From Candidatus Omnitrophota bacterium (GTDB lineage: Bacteria > Omnitrophota > Gorgyraeia > Zapsychrales > JANLHA01), in assembly GCA_022711395.1 (NCBI GenBank), contig JAKLFA010000001.1, forward strand, positions 3,277-67,276: 64,000 nucleotides of DNA, read 5' to 3'. Made by a program: the position numbers and the translations under genes. Positions 58,170 through 64,000 of the stretch are shown one piece after another. The notes below the pieces were generated by a model. The model had not been told where the DNA came from. It was given only the letters and a program-made list of their open reading frames with translations, and searched no databases. Every line of letters begins with the position of its first letter. The first letter of the stretch is position 1.

Positions 58170-59117
58170 ATGCGAAGTTTCGCGTGTGCGGTGTTTGCTT
58201 GTCTTTGCTGGAGTGCGGCGGTGTTCGCCGGCACCATGCAAAAAGAGAAGGCCTTCCGGCCTCCGGAGGGGAAGACCTGGCTTTTTATCGGCCAGAATAA
58301 AGAGTCGATCGACGCGTATGCCAAAGCATTTGACGGGAAATTTTCCGGAGTGATGCTTTATACGTCTATTCAGGAATTGAGCGGCCTTGATTCTCCAGCC
58401 GATCATGGGGCGGGGGTTCATTATGGGGCGCATCTGTTAAAGAGGTATCCCGAAGCCGCCCTTCAAATCGGGCTCTACATGGTGGATGCGCTTGATGAGG
58501 TCAATCGCGGGGAATATGACGATCATATCGTTAAGCTTGCCCGATGGGCCGGCTCCACAAAGCGCCCGGTCTTTTTGCGGATCGGTTATGAGTTTGATTT
58601 TTCTGATAACCGTTATGATCCTCGCCAATATCAAAACGCTTTTCGCAGGATCGTCGATAAATTTCGTTCCCTTAAGATTGAAAATGCTGTGTTCGTCTGG
58701 CATTCAGCCCTTCCTCCTAACAGAAAGGCCGATATGATGGCATGGTATCCGGGGGATGAATACGTGGATTGGTTCGCGGTCTCTTTTTTTACGGTGAATC
58801 AGTTCAAGCCTGCTGAGGAGTTTGCGCTTCTGGCAAAGCAGAGAGGGAAGCCGTTCATGATCGCTGAGGCGACACCGTTCGCGGCCATGAGCGTGCGCAG
58901 CAAGCTTGACTGGCTTAAGAAATATTTTCGTTTGATCGAAACAACGAACGCTCAAGCCGCCTGTTATATCAACACGGACTGGGATTCTCAACCGATGTTC
59001 AAAGGCCAGGGCTGGGGAGATTCACGGCTTGAACGATCTGCCGAGCTTAAGGAATTCTGGATTTCTGAGATCCGTAAAGCCCGTTTTGTTTTTGATCAGG
59101 GAGATGGGCGGAAATGA
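58170..59117 (+). CDS. secreted glycoside hydrolase family 26-like protein (putative beta-mannanase-type)
   Basis: Signal peptide. FLRIGYEFDF (acid/base Glu context), WYPGDEYVDWFAVSFF (GH26-type YPGDxYVD block), FMIAEATP (nucleophile Glu context). Confidence 0.45.
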   Translation: MRSFACAVFACLCWSAAVFAGTMQKEKAFRPPEGKTWLFIGQNKESIDAYAKAFDGKFSGVMLYTSIQELSGLDSPADHGAGVHYGAHLLKRYPEAALQIGLYMVDALDEVNRGEYDDHIVKLARWAGSTKRPVFLRIGYEFDFSDNRYDPRQYQNAFRRIVDKFRSLKIENAVFVWHSALPPNRKADMMAWYPGDEYVDWFAVSFFTVNQFKPAEEFALLAKQRGKPFMIAEATPFAAMSVRSKLDWLKKYFRLIETTNAQAACYINTDWDSQPMFKGQGWGDSRLERSAELKEFWISEIRKARFVFDQGDGRK

Positions 59118-59962
59118 AGAAGATCCTGCACATGAGCGATCTGCATGTCGGATATCAAGATTTCGACCTGAGGTTCCGCCGGTTGATCGATGCGGTCATT
59201 GCGCAATACTGTGATGAGGCATCGGATCTCGTGGTGGTGATAACGGGTGATCTGGCCAATAATGCCAACAAGGTGGAAAGTTTTCGTAAGGTCAAACAGA
59301 GCCTGGAGGCCTTGCGACAGGCCGGGTTCGCGCACATTCTGGTCGTCCCCGGGAACCATGACCATGGCACCGGAAAATTAACTGATGAGAAATTTGGAAA
59401 GATCTTTCAGGAAATCTTTTACGGCCGTTCGGTCGAATTCCCGAAGCTGGACATCATTGATGGGATGGCGTTCTTGGGTTTGAATTCCATGGAGGAAGAA
59501 CTGCATTGGTATGACCGGTTTTGGGCCGAGGGGGACCTGGGGATGCCGCAGCTCCGCCGGCTGGAAAAGGTCCTTCTGAGCCCGGAAGTACGCATCTGTA
59601 AAAAAAGGGTCATTTATCTGCATCATCATCCGTTCAAGTGGCGGCCCTTTCATGAACTTAAGGATTCCAAGGAGCTCAAAAAAGTTCTGATCGCTGCAAT
59701 GAATGAAGGCGTGTCGATTGATGCGCTTTTGTTCGGCCATAATCATCAGGGCAAGGCGCACAACGGGGAATGGGGGATCCCCCGCTGTTATGACGCAGGG
59801 ACCGCGACTCTAAAACCCCGCCCAAAATATTTGGACTGGTTCCATTGGTATCAAATCCAAGCTTCAACAAGGATCATCGATCTTGCCAATGACGATGTTT
59901 CATCAGACAGTGTTTTCTTTTTTAACGGCATGACAGGAGCGGGCCATGAAAAGGCAGAGTGA
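59114..59962 (+). CDS. calcineurin-like metallophosphoesterase
   Basis: MSDLHVG, VVITGDLANN, VPGNHDH, LHHHPF, GHNHQG metal-binding blocks. Confidence 0.8.
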   Translation: MKKILHMSDLHVGYQDFDLRFRRLIDAVIAQYCDEASDLVVVITGDLANNANKVESFRKVKQSLEALRQAGFAHILVVPGNHDHGTGKLTDEKFGKIFQEIFYGRSVEFPKLDIIDGMAFLGLNSMEEELHWYDRFWAEGDLGMPQLRRLEKVLLSPEVRICKKRVIYLHHHPFKWRPFHELKDSKELKKVLIAAMNEGVSIDALLFGHNHQGKAHNGEWGIPRCYDAGTATLKPRPKYLDWFHWYQIQASTRIIDLANDDVSSDSVFFFNGMTGAGHEKAE

Positions 59963-61061
59963 GGGCGGATCGGCGAGGGGTGTGGACCTTCGGCATCTTC
60001 CGGTTGAGTTCAATGATGTTAACAGCGCCGGATGGCTGGGCCCTTTTATCATGCTTTTTGCTTTTGTTTGGGGAGGAGGACCGACGGGGTTTCTTGTTCA
60101 GAACATTCTTAATGGAACCTTTGAACCGGGCATGCTTCTGGTCCTTTTTTTTACGGTCCTGGGCGCGGGGTTATTTATCTTTGGGTTTGTTTTGACGTTT
60201 CATAAGGAGAGATACCGGATCTCTTCGGAGGAGGTTTGTTGCACAACACAAAAGTTCAGACGGTCAGAGCAATGGCGAGAGCCCCTTGCGAATTATCAGG
60301 GGGTTGTCATGCGTTCGGAATATCATAAGCGTTCGGGCAGACATGGGTCCTCATATACGCTCTATATTGTTGAGCTTAGACATCCTCAGCATGAAAAAAC
60401 AGTTTTATTATGCCAGTCACGGTCCGACCGGTCTGTGCGCCGGATCTGGGAGGACAGCGCCAAGGCGTTGCGAAAAACAGCAATGGAATATGTGGACGGC
60501 AAACTTCATACGCGTGAGCCGGAGGATCTGGATAAATCCGTTCGGGACCTGATGCAGGAAGGCAAAGTCAAGTGGGAGGATGTCTCGTTGGATGTGCCGC
60601 CGGATGGGGTCCGGCTTGGGTATGACCAGGGGTCTTATGTGTTTACGGTCTCTCATTGCAATGCTCCGTGGCCGGTCATGAAAGTCCTGGGCTTGATCGT
60701 GGCAGGATTGATCGCGTTGCTTACTGTTACGGGGATCTATTTTATCGCAGGATTGGCGGCGCTGGCTGTTTTGTGGCAGATCTTTTGGCTTTACGGTGTT
60801 AAAACAGAGCTGAAAGTGAACTCTCAAAGAATTGAGAAGGCTTTTCTTTATCCGTGGGGAAAAAGCGGGACGGCTGTTCTGGAGGCGGGCCGGATCGAAG
60901 GGATCCAATTCAAGTCGTCAGCCGATAATCGAGGAGGGTCCAGGGATAAGCTGGTGATCACAACAGACCAGGAAGGGATGGTCAGGATAAGCACAGGCTG
61001 GATCACGAACGAGACCCTTGAATGGCTGCGCAGCGCGATGCTGAAAGCCCTATCGTTGTAA
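59946..61061 (+). CDS. hypothetical membrane protein (2 TM near the N-terminus, 2 near the C-terminal third)
   Basis: Clean ORF with a 17-nt overlap on the upstream gene. Confidence 0.45.
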   Translation: MKRQSEGGSARGVDLRHLPVEFNDVNSAGWLGPFIMLFAFVWGGGPTGFLVQNILNGTFEPGMLLVLFFTVLGAGLFIFGFVLTFHKERYRISSEEVCCTTQKFRRSEQWREPLANYQGVVMRSEYHKRSGRHGSSYTLYIVELRHPQHEKTVLLCQSRSDRSVRRIWEDSAKALRKTAMEYVDGKLHTREPEDLDKSVRDLMQEGKVKWEDVSLDVPPDGVRLGYDQGSYVFTVSHCNAPWPVMKVLGLIVAGLIALLTVTGIYFIAGLAALAVLWQIFWLYGVKTELKVNSQRIEKAFLYPWGKSGTAVLEAGRIEGIQFKSSADNRGGSRDKLVITTDQEGMVRISTGWITNETLEWLRSAMLKALSL

Positions 61062-61079
61062 TAGAAAGCAGAAGGCTTT

Positions 61080-61274
61080 TTATTTTTTCCGTCCGGCGAC
61101 CTTGACCACGGCCTGATATTCGCAAATGGCGCCGTTCCGCACGGACCCCCGCTGTTGAATGACCTCTACAAAATGGACATCCCATCCTTGGGCCGCCGCG
61201 TCGTTGACGGCATTCTGCACTGCTTGCGAATAACCTTCTTTGGAAGTTCCAATCAATTCGATGATCTCAAACAT
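61080..61274 (-). CDS. dodecin (flavin-binding) family protein
   Basis: MFEIIELIGTSKEGYSQAVQNAVNDAAAQGWDVHFVEVIQQRGSVRNGAICEYQAVVKVAGRKK, with the dodecin hallmarks (ELIGTS..., W, EYQ). Start placed at ATG 61274. Confidence 0.7.
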   Translation of the reverse strand: MFEIIELIGTSKEGYSQAVQNAVNDAAAQGWDVHFVEVIQQRGSVRNGAICEYQAVVKVAGRKK

Positions 61275-61474
61275 GGTATTTTTCTTTCGTGTGTTTTGAA
61301 GTTGAGAGGTATCATAGCATAGTTTGCTTATAAGGGTCAACACGGCTTGGTCCGCAGGATAGTTATTGCTCTGGCTTTCTGCTAGGGGTAAAATGTTTAG
61401 GGTCGTTTAGGTTATTCCATTTCGATAAGCGGGCTAAGATGCAAATCAAAGGTTTCTTGATCAAGGAGGGAGAG

Positions 61475-61696
61475 ATGAAAAAGGGACATGTATCCTGGGT
61501 GGCGGCTGTGCTGCTGATCGCGGCGCTGCTGGTCATGAATTATCAAAACAATCCATCATTCGCCCAGAGTGAATCAGGACGTTATTTGATGGCATCCCCT
61601 AACAGCGGAGTTTATATTTTTGACACGCAAACGGGGAGCGTTTATTACACAGGTTTCAATGTTGAACTTTCCAAGGTAGGAACGATTCCGAAATAG
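61475..61696 (+). CDS. small secreted hypothetical protein
   Basis: Signal peptide MKKGHVSWVAAVLLIAALLVMNYQ. Confidence 0.35.
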   Translation: MKKGHVSWVAAVLLIAALLVMNYQNNPSFAQSESGRYLMASPNSGVYIFDTQTGSVYYTGFNVELSKVGTIPK

Positions 61697-61869
61697 AAGG
61701 GTTTTTGATCGGTGCTCATGGATCAGCGGCTGTGGAAAGGATTAAATGCCGGGCCCCGGAAGGGGTCCGGTATTTTTTTGAATTTCTGCAATAAGGCATT
61801 CGGGGCGATGTTATACTGTTTTTATAAAGACATTTTTTAAGAACAGGGTCGTCAAAAAAGGGGGGCCAC

Positions 61870-62466
61870 ATGAACAGTGATGTGATGAATAAAATCATTC
61901 TAACGGCAACGATGGCTGTTCTTGTTGTTCTTGAATTTTTTGCTTTGGGGGTCGACAGTCATTTTAAATATGATTTTATTTGTCTGGTCATTTTGTTGTT
62001 CGTTATTTACGGACTAAGAAAGAAGCTGTTCTTGCATTGGGCGCATTTTTTGCTGTTCTGTATATTTCTTGTCGTCCATGATTGGGGTGTTTTTGGCGCC
62101 TATCAATGGTATCCAATGGGGATGGAATATGATTACTGGGTCCACGGGTTTTTCGGTGTGATCGCGTCTATGATCATTCTGCGCGCGTTGCGCTTGTGCA
62201 AATTCAATTTGAGCACCAAGACCAGAGTCCTTCTTGTGATCACGATCACCCTGGGGCTTTCCGCCGCCCATGAGCTGTATGAATTTGCCGGGGCGATCCT
62301 TTTGGGGGAGGGAGAAGGGGTTCTTTTTATCGGGGCCGGGGATCTGGATGAATGGGATACTCAGAAGGATATGCTGAATAATTTAATAGGCGCTGTTTTG
62401 GGGCTTGTTTTTTATGGGGGTATTACGCGGATCTTTCGAAAACCGGATGCGCAGTGGAGCTTATAG
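61870..62466 (+). CDS. hypothetical polytopic membrane protein
   Basis: 5-6 hydrophobic helices. AHELYEF motif. Confidence 0.45.
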   Translation: MNSDVMNKIILTATMAVLVVLEFFALGVDSHFKYDFICLVILLFVIYGLRKKLFLHWAHFLLFCIFLVVHDWGVFGAYQWYPMGMEYDYWVHGFFGVIASMIILRALRLCKFNLSTKTRVLLVITITLGLSAAHELYEFAGAILLGEGEGVLFIGAGDLDEWDTQKDMLNNLIGAVLGLVFYGGITRIFRKPDAQWSL

Positions 62467-62478
62467 GAGAAGACGCGC

Positions 62479-63912
62479 CTAAGGCAGGATGGGGGCGTGT
62501 CGTTCCCAGAAAATAACCTTTGGAATATCGGTATTATCGATATACGGCCCCCGGACAGGATCTTTCCCCTTGATGTTTTGAAGATAGAGTTGGCAGCCTG
62601 CTCCTTTCGCAAAGAAGGGCACGAGCGAGTTGCTATGCTCTGAGGTGTTCCATTGCATCTCGGGGATCGTGCCGGCGCCATTGGTGATAAGTTCATTCCA
62701 TAAAGGTTTTTCATTTTTTGCGCCGGAGCCGGGGCCGGTCAGATAACCGGTCTCATGGTCTGCTGTGATGATCAATAATGTTTCGTTCCAGGAACTGTTT
62801 TGCTCTATCCACTGATGAACAATGTCAACTGCGGCATGAAAATCGAGTTCTTCCTCGACCATTCGTCCGGATTGGTGCTGATGGCTGGCCCAATCGGCAG
62901 CTCCGCCTTCGATCATCAGGACAAAACCTTGGGGGTCTTTGCTGAGGATGTTCAGCGCCGCGGCGGCCATTTCAGCCAGGGTGGGGATATTCTGGTTCAT
63001 GGCGACCACGTAAGGGGCGGCATGGGAGTCGCCTTTGCGGCCTTGTTGCAGGGTTGTGTTGACCCGGGGGATCCCTAAAAGGCGCTTCGGTGTCTCTCCC
63101 TGGGCCATGGATCTAAAATCCAAAAGGCTTTCGATGAGTATCCACGGGTCGTTCACGCCGTCCCCATCGGCATCATTCCCCACCTTTTGGGAGGGGTCCA
63201 GAAGGTCCTTCCAAAGGGCCTCTCCGCCGACATAAGTGTAATTTTGAGAAGAATATTTACGCGACCCGTCATTGTGAAAGAAAGGGTGCCCGCAGCCCAT
63301 GATCACGTCCAGGCGGCTGTTCAAGAGCATTTCCTGGGCGATCTTTTCATAATTGTTGCGGGATGCGTTATGGATGCTGAATCCTGCCGGCGTGGAATGG
63401 CTGAAAGAGACCGAAGTCACGATCCCGGTCGCCTTACCGACATCTTCAGCCCGTTCCATCAGGTTTTTGAGGTGAGCGCCGTCGATTCCCACGCCGATGG
63501 CGCCATTCTCGGTTTTTTCACCGGTTGACATGGCAGTGGCAGATGCGGCAGAATCGGTGGAAAGGGAGGTTAGAACATATGAAAAATCCTCCCATGCCAG
63601 TTGCGGGTCGTAATGTCCTCCGCGGCTTTCATGAGGAAATGTGCTCATAGCCATTTTGACAGGAAATTGCTGGCAGGTCAGCTGGTCAGGTTTGCCGTGC
63701 TGGTAAAGGCTGGCTGCTTGAAAATGGTTGAATCCGGATCCGTCAGCGATCATGATAATGACATTTTTGGGGCTGGCAAGGTCCTGCGCTTTGCAAAGAG
63801 GACTGTTGAAAAAAAGAAAAGCCGCGGCAGAAGCTGAGAAAAACAACAATGTTTTGGCCCTGACGGGCGAAAAAAACATTATCACAAAGATATTTTTTGG
63901 TCTTGTATTCAT
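62479..63912 (-). CDS. phoA: alkaline phosphatase (PhoA family), secreted
   Basis: Active-site DSAASATAMSTGEKT (Ser nucleophile), metal-binding DxH/HxxH blocks, N-terminal signal peptide. The start may be an internal ATG at 63879. Confidence 0.85.
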   Translation of the reverse strand: MNTRPKNIFVIMFFSPVRAKTLLFFSASAAAFLFFNSPLCKAQDLASPKNVIIMIADGSGFNHFQAASLYQHGKPDQLTCQQFPVKMAMSTFPHESRGGHYDPQLAWEDFSYVLTSLSTDSAASATAMSTGEKTENGAIGVGIDGAHLKNLMERAEDVGKATGIVTSVSFSHSTPAGFSIHNASRNNYEKIAQEMLLNSRLDVIMGCGHPFFHNDGSRKYSSQNYTYVGGEALWKDLLDPSQKVGNDADGDGVNDPWILIESLLDFRSMAQGETPKRLLGIPRVNTTLQQGRKGDSHAAPYVVAMNQNIPTLAEMAAAALNILSKDPQGFVLMIEGGAADWASHQHQSGRMVEEELDFHAAVDIVHQWIEQNSSWNETLLIITADHETGYLTGPGSGAKNEKPLWNELITNGAGTIPEMQWNTSEHSNSLVPFFAKGAGCQLYLQNIKGKDPVRGPYIDNTDIPKVIFWERHAPILP

Positions 63913-64000
63913 TTTTCCGGGCTTTGTTAAAACGGTGAAAAAGACATAATATGTATATCATGAAAACAGTTCCATGCCCATCTGAATTACGGAATAAGCG

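Overview
This is a gene-dense chromosomal stretch from a diderm (Gram-negative-type) bacterium, almost all on the + strand. Diderm markers are lnt, an LpxL-family acyltransferase and a C-terminal-Phe outer-membrane barrel. Rubrerythrin and a NiSOD suggest an anaerobe or microaerophile. Housekeeping content includes prfB-secA-lnt, a K+-dependent-type membrane pyrophosphatase (hppA), an NSS transporter, tRNA-Phe, tRNA-Thr, an initiator-like tRNA-Met, purN, eno, ftsB, metY, a DEAD-box helicase, an FtsH-like protease, PAS/two-component regulators, an ABC-F ATPase, an RlmI-like methyltransferase, dodecin and alkaline phosphatase. No rRNA, CRISPR, integrase or transposase was seen. The most unusual locus is 38.4-45.4 kb: an AraC regulator, then two Sec-exported repeat proteins (one a 750-aa acidic Ser-rich protein), then a standalone periplasmic C39-type cysteine peptidase, then a coiled-coil-plus-beta-barrel outer-membrane protein. 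This gene set resembles the Pseudomonas Fap functional-amyloid export machinery (FapD peptidase + FapF channel). The two substrates share a post-signal-peptide motif that aligns to double-glycine bacteriocin leaders ([LM]SxxE[LM]DQ[IV]xAG) and a shared N/Q-rich C-terminal module ending in Phe. The combination is inferred from sequence only and looks like an undescribed periplasmic-processing/outer-membrane export system. Other notable points: tandem SGNH-like paralogs carrying a ~177-bp perfectly identical gene-conversion tract; a NiSOD whose Ni-hook His follows a Sec signal peptide; a THX-like mini ribosomal protein candidate; perfect intragenic 144-bp repeats; a (GCGTAGA)6 microsatellite.
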